Assembly (NCBI GenBank): GCA_963695335.1
Contig: OY968764.1
Span: 992,001-1,056,000, forward strand
DNA length: 64,000 nucleotides
Direction: 5' to 3'
DNA from: an uncultured bacterium
GTDB taxonomy: Bacteria > Babelota > Babeliae > Babelales > Vermiphilaceae
Both the position numbers and the translations under genes were made by a program. The stretch's first letter is position 1; each line of letters begins with the position of its first letter. Of the stretch, positions 40,214 to 50,675 are shown piece after piece. Below the pieces are notes generated by a model. The model had not been told where the DNA came from, did not search any database, and saw only the letters and a list, made by a program, of their open reading frames with translations.

Positions 40214-40321
40214 AAAAATACAATGTTCCTACTAACCTTTTTTTAATTTATACTATCGCTAGTATGATGTAGAATACTCAAAAACAATCCAATTGTACAA
40301 GATACATACTCAAAGTTTTTT

Positions 40322-40726
40322 ATGAAAAAAATAAACTATTTCATCATTTTTTTATGCTCTTTTGTATCACAAACAGTATCTATATATGCTATGGAAAGAC
40401 AGAATTGTAAATCCCCACATCAAATTCTTACAGAAAATCTATTAGACATGCACATCAAACTGCAAATACCTATCTCTCTTATACATCAGTCAACTATAAT
40501 CAGTTACCCATGTTATATATATGGCGAACGTATAGAACCAAACATACAACTCAATCCGCAAAATAGTCTGTATGAATGCCCCTTATGCAATCGCAGTTTT
40601 ACTCAAAAAAAATTAATCTTGCATATAAAAGCTACCAACATCAAACCCCTATACAATGTCCCATTGAATGGATGTGATTATGCAGAGATAGATGATGCAT
40701 ATTTTTTAGAATGGATCAATCAATGA
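40322..40726 (+). CDS. Secreted protein with one degenerate C2H2-like finger
   Basis: Signal ...SIYA/MERQ; YECPLCNRSFTQKKLILHIK; stop overlaps next start (ATGA). Confidence 0.65.
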   Translation: MKKINYFIIFLCSFVSQTVSIYAMERQNCKSPHQILTENLLDMHIKLQIPISLIHQSTIISYPCYIYGERIEPNIQLNPQNSLYECPLCNRSFTQKKLILHIKATNIKPLYNVPLNGCDYAEIDDAYFLEWINQ

Positions 40727-41406
40727 AAAACAATAGATTAATCAGACCATTTTTTTTATTATTACTTTTTGTATCACTCCAGCACAATCGTATAAACACA
40801 ATGCAAATAGATACGATAAATAATGTACAAAAAAAATATATATGTCTTTATTGCCCCAAAGGATTTAATCAAAAAGGTCATGTCCTAGAACATGAACGCA
40901 CACATACTGGTGAAAAGCCATTTCCATGCACAAAATGCCCCAAACGATTTACTCAAAAAAATCAACTCACAAAACACGAACAAATGCATCATGAAATGCC
41001 ATATGCATGCACAAAATGTACGAGACGTTTTGCTCAACAAAACGATCTGATTGAACACGAATCTATACACTTTAAAGAAAAACCATTTAGTTGCACTACT
41101 TGTAAAAAAAGTTTTACGAACAAGAGCAATCTCACAGTGCACGAATGGACACATACTGGCGAAAGATCATTTCCATGTATATGGTGTGACAAAAGTTTTA
41201 CTCAGAAAGGCCATCTCACAAAACATATACAAAAATTACACCCTAACAAAAAACCATACACCTGCATTATATGTCATGAAAGCTTTTCTCTCAAAGCTCT
41301 ACTTACTGCCCACAAAAAAAGCCACGTTAAATCTAACTCTGTATATAAACCAATAGAACTTTTATTTGAAAGCCATGATCATGGATATATGTTACATAAC
41401 AGTTAA
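40723..41406 (+). CDS. Secreted eukaryotic-type tandem C2H2 zinc-finger protein (six fingers)
   Basis: CxxC-x12-HxxxH repeats with HTGEKPF and HTGERSF linkers; N-terminal signal peptide. Confidence 0.92.
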   Translation: MKNNRLIRPFFLLLLFVSLQHNRINTMQIDTINNVQKKYICLYCPKGFNQKGHVLEHERTHTGEKPFPCTKCPKRFTQKNQLTKHEQMHHEMPYACTKCTRRFAQQNDLIEHESIHFKEKPFSCTTCKKSFTNKSNLTVHEWTHTGERSFPCIWCDKSFTQKGHLTKHIQKLHPNKKPYTCIICHESFSLKALLTAHKKSHVKSNSVYKPIELLFESHDHGYMLHNS

Positions 41407-41414
41407 GAGATTTC

Positions 41415-42794
41415 ATGATAATCAATAAAAATAAACATATTGGTATATGGGGTTTTGGTGTTGTTGGTAAAGCAGCAATCAATTATTTACATGCGCAAGG
41501 TTATCAATTAAGCATCATGGATAAACGGACGCCAACTGACAATGAATTAGATTGCTTAAAAGAAAAAAATATTAGATGGTACAACGAACAAGAACAAGAA
41601 ATATTTTTTAATTCTTGTGACATCATTATTCCTTCCCCAGGGATTAACATATCTCAAATGTGTTACGCGACACATGTTCGTAAATGGTTTCATGAACTTG
41701 ATTTTTTTTATACTGCATTTAAAAAACCAATTATCGCTATCACCGGAAGCATTGGTAAAACATCAACAACACACATCCTTGGACAAATCTTCAAAGAACT
41801 TTCTATTCCTGCTGTTATTGGAAGCAATATTGGCATTCCTACCTTCAATCTTATTGATCAACAAGACAGTGTTGATTATGCCATTCTAGAAGTTTCAAGT
41901 TTTCAACTGAATTACTGCAAGCAATTTGCGCCGCAACTTGCCATTTGGACCAATTTTCATCCCAACCATCTTGATCATCACGCAGATGAACATGAATATT
42001 TTTCAGCCAAAGAAAATATTGTTGCGCATCAAACACAAGATCAAATGTCTTTGGTGCATTTTATGCTACGCAATAAAATGCGTCTTCCAGTTGATGGGCA
42101 CAAACGTTCTTATTTTATTAAAGATTGCCCTACTCAGGACGAGCTTGATTTATTAATGCATAATGAGCAAATTTATTACTTACAACACAACACCGTAATG
42201 CGCTCCGCACAACACATTCACACGCCAATTATGGAACTCACACCAGCGCTCATTGATCTTACATTCATTGAAAACATTATATTACTTGCTGCTGCATGCG
42301 ACATACTAAATTTAGACATTCCCGCATTAAAAAAAGCTGCACAACATGTGCAGCTACCTGAACATCGCGTTGAAAAAGTTGGTACTCTTAACAATATTGA
42401 TTTTTATAATGATTCAAAAGCCACTACCGCCGCATCAACACTTGCTGCTGTTGAAAAACTATCCAAGCGCCCTCTTCATCTTTTTATTGGTGGACTCAGC
42501 AAAGGTGTCGACCGCGCACCATTTATTAAACAACTTCACAATCAAGTTAAACACATTTACTGTTTTGGCAAAGAAGCAGAAGCATTATATGCCATGTGTA
42601 TTGCTCACAACATTCCCGCAACGCATTATACTACACTTAATGAAGCTGTTGTTACATGCACCACTCTTATGCAATCCGGTGATTGTGTATTGCTATCTCC
42701 TGCAGGAAGCAGTTATGATCTTTATGACAACTATGAACAACGAGGAAAACATTTTAAGGAGTTAGTAATAAACTTTATACAGAGTAAATTATGA
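41415..42794 (+). CDS. murD: UDP-N-acetylmuramoyl-L-alanine--D-glutamate ligase
   Basis: SPGI, AITGSIGKTST, LEVSSFQL, NHLDHH, NDSKAT, LLSPAGSSYDLY. Confidence 0.95.
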   Translation: MIINKNKHIGIWGFGVVGKAAINYLHAQGYQLSIMDKRTPTDNELDCLKEKNIRWYNEQEQEIFFNSCDIIIPSPGINISQMCYATHVRKWFHELDFFYTAFKKPIIAITGSIGKTSTTHILGQIFKELSIPAVIGSNIGIPTFNLIDQQDSVDYAILEVSSFQLNYCKQFAPQLAIWTNFHPNHLDHHADEHEYFSAKENIVAHQTQDQMSLVHFMLRNKMRLPVDGHKRSYFIKDCPTQDELDLLMHNEQIYYLQHNTVMRSAQHIHTPIMELTPALIDLTFIENIILLAAACDILNLDIPALKKAAQHVQLPEHRVEKVGTLNNIDFYNDSKATTAASTLAAVEKLSKRPLHLFIGGLSKGVDRAPFIKQLHNQVKHIYCFGKEAEALYAMCIAHNIPATHYTTLNEAVVTCTTLMQSGDCVLLSPAGSSYDLYDNYEQRGKHFKELVINFIQSKL

Positions 42795-43909
42795 TCTCAA
42801 AAAAATTACCTTTATACGCAGATTTACAAGTATTTCTCATCATTGTCGCAACACTCATTCTGATCGGATGTTTGTTTGTGTATTCATCAAGCTCTGTATA
42901 CGCACTGGAAACATTTGGAACATCTCTTTTTTTTGTAAAGCGGCAATGCGCAGGTCTTTTTTTAGGGCTTATCGCGCTTTGCATTGGCAGAACAATTCCA
43001 CTTAATTTTATTAAAAAAAATGCACCTTTTTTATTTTTAAGTTCACTTTTTTTAGTGATTATCACCCTGCTGCCACAATTTTCTCGCACCATTCACGGAT
43101 CAAGCAGATGGCTTACGTTTGCAGGATTTTCATTCCAACCCAGTGAACTTCTTAAAATAACTTTACTATTGTATGTTGCTTATTTTCTTGAAAAAAAAGC
43201 TGCCAAGGGAACCATAGCACTCAAACAGTTCATTCCATTTTCTCTATTGATTGGAATTATGTGCATCGCCCTTCTTAAACAACCAGATTTTGGTATGACA
43301 GTAACATTATTACTCACTACCATTATTTTATTTTTCTGCGCACATGCACAGATCAAACATATTCTTGTAACATTAGTAGGTCTTGCAGTCAGCGCACTGT
43401 TTTTAATTTTATTCCGTCCGTATCGTTTACAACGAGTGATGACGTTTTTAAATCCATGGCAAGATCCTAAAGGTGCTGGTTTTCAGATTATTCAATCATT
43501 AATTGCAATTGGATCCGGCGGATGGTTGGGCACAGGTATCGCACATTCACGTCAAAAATTTTTCTATTTACCAATGCAACATACTGATTTTATTTTTTCT
43601 ATTATCGCAGAAGAAACAGGATTAATCGGATGCTTATTTCTCATCACTTTATTTATCCTTTTACTCTATTTTGGCATACGCATTGCACATCAACTCACTG
43701 ATACATTCAGCACACTCGTAACACTTGGCTTTATGATTCTTATTCATCTGCAAGCAGTCATGAATATGGCGGTTGCAACTGGACTAGCTCCAACCAAAGG
43801 AGTTGGTATGCCTTTTGTCAGTTATGGAAATACATCATTGGTCTGTTATCTTTTTATGATCGGTGTTATTATCAACATGGTACATGAAAGTAAAGCTTCT
43901 CTACGATAG
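42791..43909 (+). CDS. ftsW: SEDS peptidoglycan glycosyltransferase FtsW
   Basis: FQPSELLK, KQPDFG, HTDFIFSIIAEETG, PFVSYG; follows murD. Confidence 0.92.
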   Translation: MISKKLPLYADLQVFLIIVATLILIGCLFVYSSSSVYALETFGTSLFFVKRQCAGLFLGLIALCIGRTIPLNFIKKNAPFLFLSSLFLVIITLLPQFSRTIHGSSRWLTFAGFSFQPSELLKITLLLYVAYFLEKKAAKGTIALKQFIPFSLLIGIMCIALLKQPDFGMTVTLLLTTIILFFCAHAQIKHILVTLVGLAVSALFLILFRPYRLQRVMTFLNPWQDPKGAGFQIIQSLIAIGSGGWLGTGIAHSRQKFFYLPMQHTDFIFSIIAEETGLIGCLFLITLFILLLYFGIRIAHQLTDTFSTLVTLGFMILIHLQAVMNMAVATGLAPTKGVGMPFVSYGNTSLVCYLFMIGVIINMVHESKASLR

Positions 43910-43920
43910 GACATAATATA

Positions 43921-44697
43921 ATGGAACAAATTAAACACTCATTACAGATAGATGACATAGTAGCTTATTCTGCATCAACAGAAAATATTGATCCTCTTGG
44001 TGATGGCATTAGCGCAGTTGAACTTGTACGCATATCTGGTTCAGATTTGGATGTTGTTAACGCTGCGCGTGTCTCTTATGGTAAAATTTCAACAGAAGTA
44101 ACAGAACGTGATAAAAAACTGATTTCATTCTTAATGGAACATAATCACACAAGTCCTTTTGAGCACAATCAATTCTCTTTCCGCATCAAAGCACCTATTT
44201 TTGTTGCACGTCAATGGATGCGTCACCGCATGAACTCATATAATGAAATTAGTTATCGCTACGTTAAAGCATCACTGGAATTTTATATTCCTCCAAAATG
44301 GCGATCACAAGATCTTAAAAATAAACAAGCGTCTATTGGGTCATTTGATAATCCAGAGTTCACACAAAAACTTAAAGATGCCATAGCAAACAGCGTACAA
44401 ACATATGAATATTTATTAGAAAATGGTGTTGGCAGAGAAATTGCACGCAGCGTGTTACCGCTGTGCACATACACAGAATTTATCTTCACTTGTAATCTGC
44501 ATTCACTCATGCATTTTCTTAAACTGCGTCTACATGCAGGTGCGCAATATGAAATCAGAATGTACGCACAAACATTGCTTAAACTTGCATTACCATACTT
44601 TCCTGTATCACTCGGCGAATGGAAGCGTATTCATGCGGCTGAATTAGAAATAGAAACTGATCTGTTCACTCAAAATTTTACCAACACGGCTGAGTAA
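43921..44697 (+). CDS. thyX: FAD-dependent thymidylate synthase
   Basis: NAARVSY, HTSPFEH, RQWMRHR..SYNEISYRY, AQYEIR. Confidence 0.96.
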   Translation: MEQIKHSLQIDDIVAYSASTENIDPLGDGISAVELVRISGSDLDVVNAARVSYGKISTEVTERDKKLISFLMEHNHTSPFEHNQFSFRIKAPIFVARQWMRHRMNSYNEISYRYVKASLEFYIPPKWRSQDLKNKQASIGSFDNPEFTQKLKDAIANSVQTYEYLLENGVGREIARSVLPLCTYTEFIFTCNLHSLMHFLKLRLHAGAQYEIRMYAQTLLKLALPYFPVSLGEWKRIHAAELEIETDLFTQNFTNTAE

Positions 44698-44707
44698 TTT
44701 TTACAAC

Positions 44708-44738
44708 AAAAAAGAGCATCCCTGAGGATGCTCTTTTT
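44708..44738. terminator. Bidirectional terminator
   Basis: aaaagagcatcc-ctga-ggatgctctttt. Confidence 0.8.
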
Positions 44739-44749
44739 ATTCTCTGAAC

Positions 44750-46222
44750 TTAAAAATTTGTATTTACAAATCTTGTCCGTAAATTAACTACTTCAATTGA
44801 CGAACTTCCTTTTTCAATATTCTCAATAACAAACATTAACCGATCTCTTTCATGCGAACCAACTTGTAAATGATATGCACTCGGGATAGTGTCTAACACA
44901 ACATATTGAATCTCATTACCCTTTTTGATAATTGCAAAACAAAAATAATGTCCAAATACATTTACAGATTCTTCATTACCGATGATCATAATATGAATAT
45001 AGTTATCTTGTTGTAAACCATCGCGAATGACTGTTTTAACTCGTTGCACATAATCAAACTCTTCTCGGTTAAATGCAGCAGACCCCAGCTTTTTATATAA
45101 ATTTGAATCAAATAAAGATACTGTACTTATTACTGAAACGTTTATTACGTCATCTCCAAGTTCTTGTTTAAGACGAGGGAGATTATCTCTCAACACTTCC
45201 GCATTGAGCCAATCCCCAATATTAAGTTTACGTAAAAAGTTTGCTGCATCTGGTATATTATGCATCTTATCAAAATCTTGCACATTACCAGTGAGTGCAT
45301 AATCACGAATTAATCGACCATTATTTAATGAAAGCCCTCCACACATAGCTGCAGAAAAACCGGTTTGGTCCGCAAGTTCAAATTGATCAAGCGTTTTACA
45401 TTGCATAAGTGTTCTATTCCAATTATCATATCTGCCCAATTGAACAACACAAGGAACATTTGCAGCAACATCAATATTTTCAAACGCAGGACTTATCTCA
45501 CCCGATAATTTTCTATGTTGTTCATTAAAGACAGAATAGTGAGGTGCAACGTTTTTTGTAATAAATTGAGCAATTTGCTCTTGTGTATAACCTTGTTGTT
45601 TCAACTCTTTGGCTAATTCTCGTTGATCTTGGGTCAAATTTGCCATATCAGTCTGAGCAAATAAAGGACATACATTAAATTTTCTTAGCGCTTGAGCATC
45701 TGTTGGGACTACATGCATTCCAACTTGCACTGGTCGTGGTTGCTCAACCGGTTTACTAGGTTTAGGCACAGGTTTTGCAAACAACAGTTTCATCTGACGA
45801 TTAACTTCATCAGCAAGGTCATCAACTATAGTTCGATCAATAGCATTATCTCCATCAAGCGTTACATGCAGTGTTGCTCCAGCTTGCAGCAAAGCTTTCG
45901 CATACACATCCGCATACTCACTGCCTTGCACACTGTTTCTTACAAAATTAATAAAATAATCAGTAAATCTATTACCTCTTAAAACTTGATCAGATCGCAT
46001 TTCTGTTCTTATAATTCTTAATGCTTGCGCAAATGAACTTTCTTTTTTGGAAGGCTGCACTGAAGGTTGTTTTGGTTGTTCCACAGGACGAGGGCTGATT
46101 ATTGGTTGCACCAAAGTTACTGGCTCAACAGTTTCTGTTTTTTTACCCACTTGTTTTGTACTCAATGAAATTGTAAATAAAAGAGTCATAATTGTTGCAA
46201 ATGTATTTCTAGAAATTTTCAT
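44750..46222 (-). CDS. Secreted protein with putative papain-fold cysteine protease domain
   Basis: Hydrophobic N-terminus; Q..AAMCGGLSLNNG, GHYFCF, YVVLDT in Cys-His-Asp order. Confidence 0.6.
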   Translation of the reverse strand: MKISRNTFATIMTLLFTISLSTKQVGKKTETVEPVTLVQPIISPRPVEQPKQPSVQPSKKESSFAQALRIIRTEMRSDQVLRGNRFTDYFINFVRNSVQGSEYADVYAKALLQAGATLHVTLDGDNAIDRTIVDDLADEVNRQMKLLFAKPVPKPSKPVEQPRPVQVGMHVVPTDAQALRKFNVCPLFAQTDMANLTQDQRELAKELKQQGYTQEQIAQFITKNVAPHYSVFNEQHRKLSGEISPAFENIDVAANVPCVVQLGRYDNWNRTLMQCKTLDQFELADQTGFSAAMCGGLSLNNGRLIRDYALTGNVQDFDKMHNIPDAANFLRKLNIGDWLNAEVLRDNLPRLKQELGDDVINVSVISTVSLFDSNLYKKLGSAAFNREEFDYVQRVKTVIRDGLQQDNYIHIMIIGNEESVNVFGHYFCFAIIKKGNEIQYVVLDTIPSAYHLQVGSHERDRLMFVIENIEKGSSSIEVVNLRTRFVNTNF

Positions 46223-46495
46223 TCTTCCTCCTTATCATTTTTTCTTATATTTCTAACAAGATCGCATAAATCTTTATTCATAATCCATCTTTTCTGACAG
46301 CATATATATTTTTTACAAAACAAATCGCGTTATGCGACCTTACTTCGCGTAAAACTTCCTATTACGCTCCATCTTTCGCTGAAAGCTTCGGAAGATAGGC
46401 AAACAAAAAATAATATACGTAAAATTATTGCAACAGATCATAATACAAATATATATTCCTTTTAAGATCTAATTTTCAAAAAAGGAGAATTTCTC

Positions 46496-46945
46496 ATGGC
46501 ACTCAAAAAAACTGCAAAACGTAAACCAACTGCAAAAAAAGCCACACCAAAGCGCAAAGTAACAAAAAAAGTTACTGCAAAAAAATCTGTTGCTAAAAAA
46601 GTAGTAAAAAAAGCTGTTACTAAGAAAGCAAAACCTGCTGTTAAAAAAGCTGCTCCAAAACGTAAAGTTGCTAAGAAAGCAAAACCTGCAGCCAAAAAAG
46701 CAAAACCGGCTGCAAAACCTAAAAAACGAGTTGCAAAAAAAAGCAGCGTAAAACCTGCAGCCAAAGCTAGAAAATACAGTCCTTTAGCAGGAAAAGAAGT
46801 AGAAAAAGAGATGCACAAATTTAAAGAAGGAACTGCTAAATCAGGTAAAGCTGGAACACCGGTAGAATCACGTGAACAGGCAATTGCAATTGGTTTATCA
46901 GAAGCGCGTAAAAAAGGTGAAAAAGTTCCAAAAAAACGTAAATAA
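46496..46945 (+). CDS. Histone H1-like Lys/Ala-rich protein with DUF6496-like C-terminus
   Basis: aaggag RBS; KKAKPAAKK repeats; EMHKFKEG..KSG..VESREQAIAIGLSEARKKG. Confidence 0.85.
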   Translation: MALKKTAKRKPTAKKATPKRKVTKKVTAKKSVAKKVVKKAVTKKAKPAVKKAAPKRKVAKKAKPAAKKAKPAAKPKKRVAKKSSVKPAAKARKYSPLAGKEVEKEMHKFKEGTAKSGKAGTPVESREQAIAIGLSEARKKGEKVPKKRK

Positions 46946-46960
46946 ATTTTAAAAATTTAT

Positions 46961-47003
46961 AAAAAGAGCAGATGAAAACATTATACTTTCATCTGCTCTT
47001 TTT
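46961..47003. terminator. Bidirectional terminator
   Basis: aaaagagcagatgaaa...tttcatctgctctttt. Confidence 0.8.
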
Positions 47004-47020
47004 ATTTTATAAATAATATG

Positions 47021-48532
47021 TTACTTATTCCAATTCATCGCCAAATTCACAAGCAAACGCACTCCAACGCCAGTAGCACCCGGACGGAAATAAGAAACAT
47101 TTGGTACATCAAACGCAGTACCCGCAATATCAATATGCGCCCACACGGTGTCCCCTACAAAATGTTGCAAGAAATGTGCAGCAGTTGTACCGCCCGCTCT
47201 AATTTGTTTACTTCCAATATTACATATATCTGCAACAGTTGATGTTATCGCTTTTTTATAATCATCTCCCATTGGCATTTGCCACAAACGATCACCAGAA
47301 AGATCTGCTGCTGCATGCAATTTTTCACTCAATGCTGGATGCTGACTAAACAATCCGCTATACACAGGCCCAAGAGCATATGCACACGCACCGGTTAATG
47401 TTGCCAAATCTACCATTGCATCTGGTTTATAATGTTTAACCGCGTAAGAAAGCGCATCAGCTAAAATTAAACGCCCTTCTGCATCTGTATTTTTAATTTC
47501 TGCAGTTTTGCCATTATAAAATGTTACAATATCACCCGGCTTTGTTGCTTTACCACTCGGTAAATTTTCTGATGTTGGCGCAATAGCAATAATATTTACA
47601 TCTGGTTTTAATTGTGCAAGTGCATCAATGGTGGAAATCACTGCAGCGGCACCTGCCATATCATCTTTCATGGTTTCCATAGAATCTGCTGGTTTTAAAC
47701 TTAATCCACCAGAATCAAAGGTAATTCCTTTACCCACAAAACAAAGCGTAGGCCTGTTTTGATTTGTCGCCTTGTACTCAAGAATAATTAATGCACAATC
47801 AACATCTGATCCACGCGAAACAGATGCCAAACCACCCATGCCCATTTCTATAATTTCTTTTTCATGAAATGCTGTCATTTTTAGATTATTGCGTTGCGCA
47901 ACTTCTTGTGCTTTAGCAACCAAATGCTGTGGAGTAAATTGCGTTGGCGGCATATCAATCCAATGACGTGTTTGATTCACTGCATTGGCGATAACAGTTC
48001 CTTTGCTCACTCCACGCTGCACATCCTCTTTGTGTTGTAATTCTGTAACAAGCGTAACGTGATTAAAATTATTTTCTTTGCGTGATTTTTCTGTAATAAA
48101 ATCATCAAAATGATATTCAGCTAATTTTAATGCAATCACTGCTTGTTCAGCTGCATATTCATGTGCAACACTACCCAGCACATCCGCATCACAATGAAAT
48201 GCTACTGATGCACCCTTGCATGCACGCACTTCTTTAACCAATTGGCCAACTGCACGGCGATAACATTCAACAATTCCAACACTTTTATTACTTTGATCAC
48301 CCATACCCACAACAATACAAAAAGCGAGTTTATTATTATGAGTGAATGTAACAGAAACAACTTCTTGTAAACTGCCACTAAATCCACGATGTTTAATAAC
48401 ATCAGCAAGTTCTGGGTACAGTTTTGTAGCTTCGTGCAATTTTGCTACATCAAAATTCTTTTCAACAATATAGGCATAACAATCAACACTTTGTGACAAT
48501 AAATTTTCTGACGAAACGGAAATGGTAAGCAT
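47021..48532 (-). CDS. pepA: Leucyl aminopeptidase (M17)
   Basis: VGKGITFDSGG, MKDDMAG, NTDAEGRLILAD, DLATLTGA, HIDIAG; likely start at 48532. Confidence 0.93.
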   Translation of the reverse strand: MLTISVSSENLLSQSVDCYAYIVEKNFDVAKLHEATKLYPELADVIKHRGFSGSLQEVVSVTFTHNNKLAFCIVVGMGDQSNKSVGIVECYRRAVGQLVKEVRACKGASVAFHCDADVLGSVAHEYAAEQAVIALKLAEYHFDDFITEKSRKENNFNHVTLVTELQHKEDVQRGVSKGTVIANAVNQTRHWIDMPPTQFTPQHLVAKAQEVAQRNNLKMTAFHEKEIIEMGMGGLASVSRGSDVDCALIILEYKATNQNRPTLCFVGKGITFDSGGLSLKPADSMETMKDDMAGAAAVISTIDALAQLKPDVNIIAIAPTSENLPSGKATKPGDIVTFYNGKTAEIKNTDAEGRLILADALSYAVKHYKPDAMVDLATLTGACAYALGPVYSGLFSQHPALSEKLHAAADLSGDRLWQMPMGDDYKKAITSTVADICNIGSKQIRAGGTTAAHFLQHFVGDTVWAHIDIAGTAFDVPNVSYFRPGATGVGVRLLVNLAMNWNK

Positions 48533-48633
48533 AATCTTTTCCCCGGTAATATAGTTATATTTAAAGAAAAGAATAACAAAAAAAGGTCCCACTTAAAAGC
48601 GGGACCTTCTAGTTACGAATCTATTATTTTTGT

Positions 48634-48747
48634 GTTCGTATGCTTCGACGGGCAGGCGGGCGTTCACTCCTGAGCTTGCCGAAGGGTGAGCACGAACGGG
48701 GAATAATTTCTTCCGTTCGTATTGAGCCTGTCGAAATATACGAACGT
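48634..48747. repeat. Composite REP cluster with nested copy
   Basis: cttcgac[gggcaggcgggcgttcactcctgagcttgccgaagggt]gagcacgaacgg followed by ccgttcgtattgagcctgtcgaaata. Confidence 0.75.
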
Positions 48748-48768
48748 TCTTAATCTTCACAAATTTTA

Positions 48769-49320
48769 CTATTCTAAATTACGTTCTTCTGGACCATAGC
48801 TATTCACAAATATATCACGCGGATAATAATACACTTTCCAAGATTCATTTTCTCGTGCAACTCTATTACTGACTTTTGCATTTTTTTTCGCAACATATTG
48901 TGCAATCTCTGCTCCAAAATGCTCATCAATAGACGCTTGCAAATCACTGCGAGAAATATTACCAAATAGTTGTGTTGTTGCACGATCTTTTACATCGTGC
49001 AGCTGTTTTCCGTTATGGAAAAATATAATGGTTGGCATTGTCATCACATGATATAATTTTGCAAGATCTTTTAGTTCTGGTCGTGCAGCATTTACTCGTA
49101 AAAAAATAACATCTGCATCATCATATTTTTGAACTTTACTCACATCTTCATACATCTGCGTTAAGCCTTTATCTTTTCCATCATAAAACAACGCCACTAC
49201 CATACTATCTTGTGCAACGGTTTGCTCAAAATCTCTGCGTGAATTAACTGATTTCATTTTTGCCTGAGATATTGCACATATAAATAAACAAGCAGTTAAC
49301 AACATCATTAATTTTTTCAT
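48769..49320 (-). CDS. Secreted thioredoxin-fold protein lacking CxxC
   Basis: VVALFY, FLRVNA, LAKLYHVMTMPTIIFFHNGK pattern; no CxxC. Confidence 0.7.
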   Translation of the reverse strand: MKKLMMLLTACLFICAISQAKMKSVNSRRDFEQTVAQDSMVVALFYDGKDKGLTQMYEDVSKVQKYDDADVIFLRVNAARPELKDLAKLYHVMTMPTIIFFHNGKQLHDVKDRATTQLFGNISRSDLQASIDEHFGAEIAQYVAKKNAKVSNRVARENESWKVYYYPRDIFVNSYGPEERNLE

Positions 49321-49337
49321 AGCATTCTCCATTTTTG

Positions 49338-50414
49338 TTATCCACCAAATAAATGTTCATCTTCATCATTATCTTCAATAATACCCGCCTGTTCCATTCC
49401 TTCTAACTCACCCTCAAGAACTTGATTATAAAACTGTCTCACTTGTTCGATATATTTTTCCGGATTATAAAAAAATGAATCATAATGGCGACGTCCATTG
49501 GTTAACCACCACCGTTTGTACCCAGCAAGAGCTTCATACACATTTCTTACTTGATCAGTAGAAACTTTTTGATCATTCTTACAATGAATAAGAAACACAG
49601 GGACCATGATGTTTTTAGCTGATTCAGCCGGATGTATTGGACAGAAATTTGTACTTACGCCTGTTGCATCCAACTGCGCAACAGTTTTTAATACTGCTTT
49701 AACAAGCGCCTGGACATAAGGGTGAAAAGCATATTTTTGCAATAAATCTCTACCAGGCACATCAAATTCATAACCAAATACAGAACATTTGAGACATTCA
49801 AGCCCCATCTGAATCACTCTTTCACTTGAATCAAAAGGACAGTCTAAAATCATTGCATCAAACAGTTCTGAACGCTGACTTTGAGCTTCTATAGCCGAAA
49901 CAGCTCCCATAGAAAACCCATATGCAAAAAGTGGCTTATCACATAAATCAGGATGATTTCTTAAAAATTTCGCCGCAGCGGTAACATCCAGTGCTTCATC
50001 ACGTCCAAAGGTACAATACTGCCCTTCACCATCCTGGCCATGGGCGCGGAAATCAAAAGTCATAACATTAAATTGCTTTGTTTTAAAAATACGGCGTAAT
50101 ACGCCAACATCGTATTTATCACACATAAAGCCATGACATACCAAAATAGTGGCTTTTGCATCATCAGATCGCACCAGCATACCTCGGCGGGCAATGCGCT
50201 TTAACGAATCATGCGATTCTTGGGGATATAACAAAATATGCTCAACAACAATACCATCTGCTGTTTTGGTCTTTTCGGGAATAACATGACCATACATATT
50301 ATCTATTGCCCCATTAAGAGCTGGCATCCAGAAGCAAAACATAGATAATAAAAGAGCAATACAACGATTTATTCGTGTTATTGCCGGCATTTTAGCCTTG
50401 TTATATGGAAACAT
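49338..50414 (-). CDS. Alpha/beta hydrolase
   Basis: CHGF, FDFRAHG, GFSMG nucleophile elbow, IHCKND, GRRH. Confidence 0.88.
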   Translation of the reverse strand: MFPYNKAKMPAITRINRCIALLLSMFCFWMPALNGAIDNMYGHVIPEKTKTADGIVVEHILLYPQESHDSLKRIARRGMLVRSDDAKATILVCHGFMCDKYDVGVLRRIFKTKQFNVMTFDFRAHGQDGEGQYCTFGRDEALDVTAAAKFLRNHPDLCDKPLFAYGFSMGAVSAIEAQSQRSELFDAMILDCPFDSSERVIQMGLECLKCSVFGYEFDVPGRDLLQKYAFHPYVQALVKAVLKTVAQLDATGVSTNFCPIHPAESAKNIMVPVFLIHCKNDQKVSTDQVRNVYEALAGYKRWWLTNGRRHYDSFFYNPEKYIEQVRQFYNQVLEGELEGMEQAGIIEDNDEDEHLFGG

Positions 50415-50675
50415 TACTTCCCCTAATTATTAAAAAACCTTAGTAAAACCTCTCTTTTTCTACCCTTATAGTACCAATTAATTTTGACAAACTGCAACAA
50501 TTTTTATAAAATTATTAATAAAATATCAATCTGTGTATATTTTTTGCAAAAAATGGCTAAAAAAGGCCTATCATAGAGAGAAAAAGTAACGAAAACCCAA
50601 AAAAATGGTATATTTAGAGCATAAGCAACGGCTTTTTAAATAAATTAACCATCTAGAGCGAGGAGACATAGTCCA

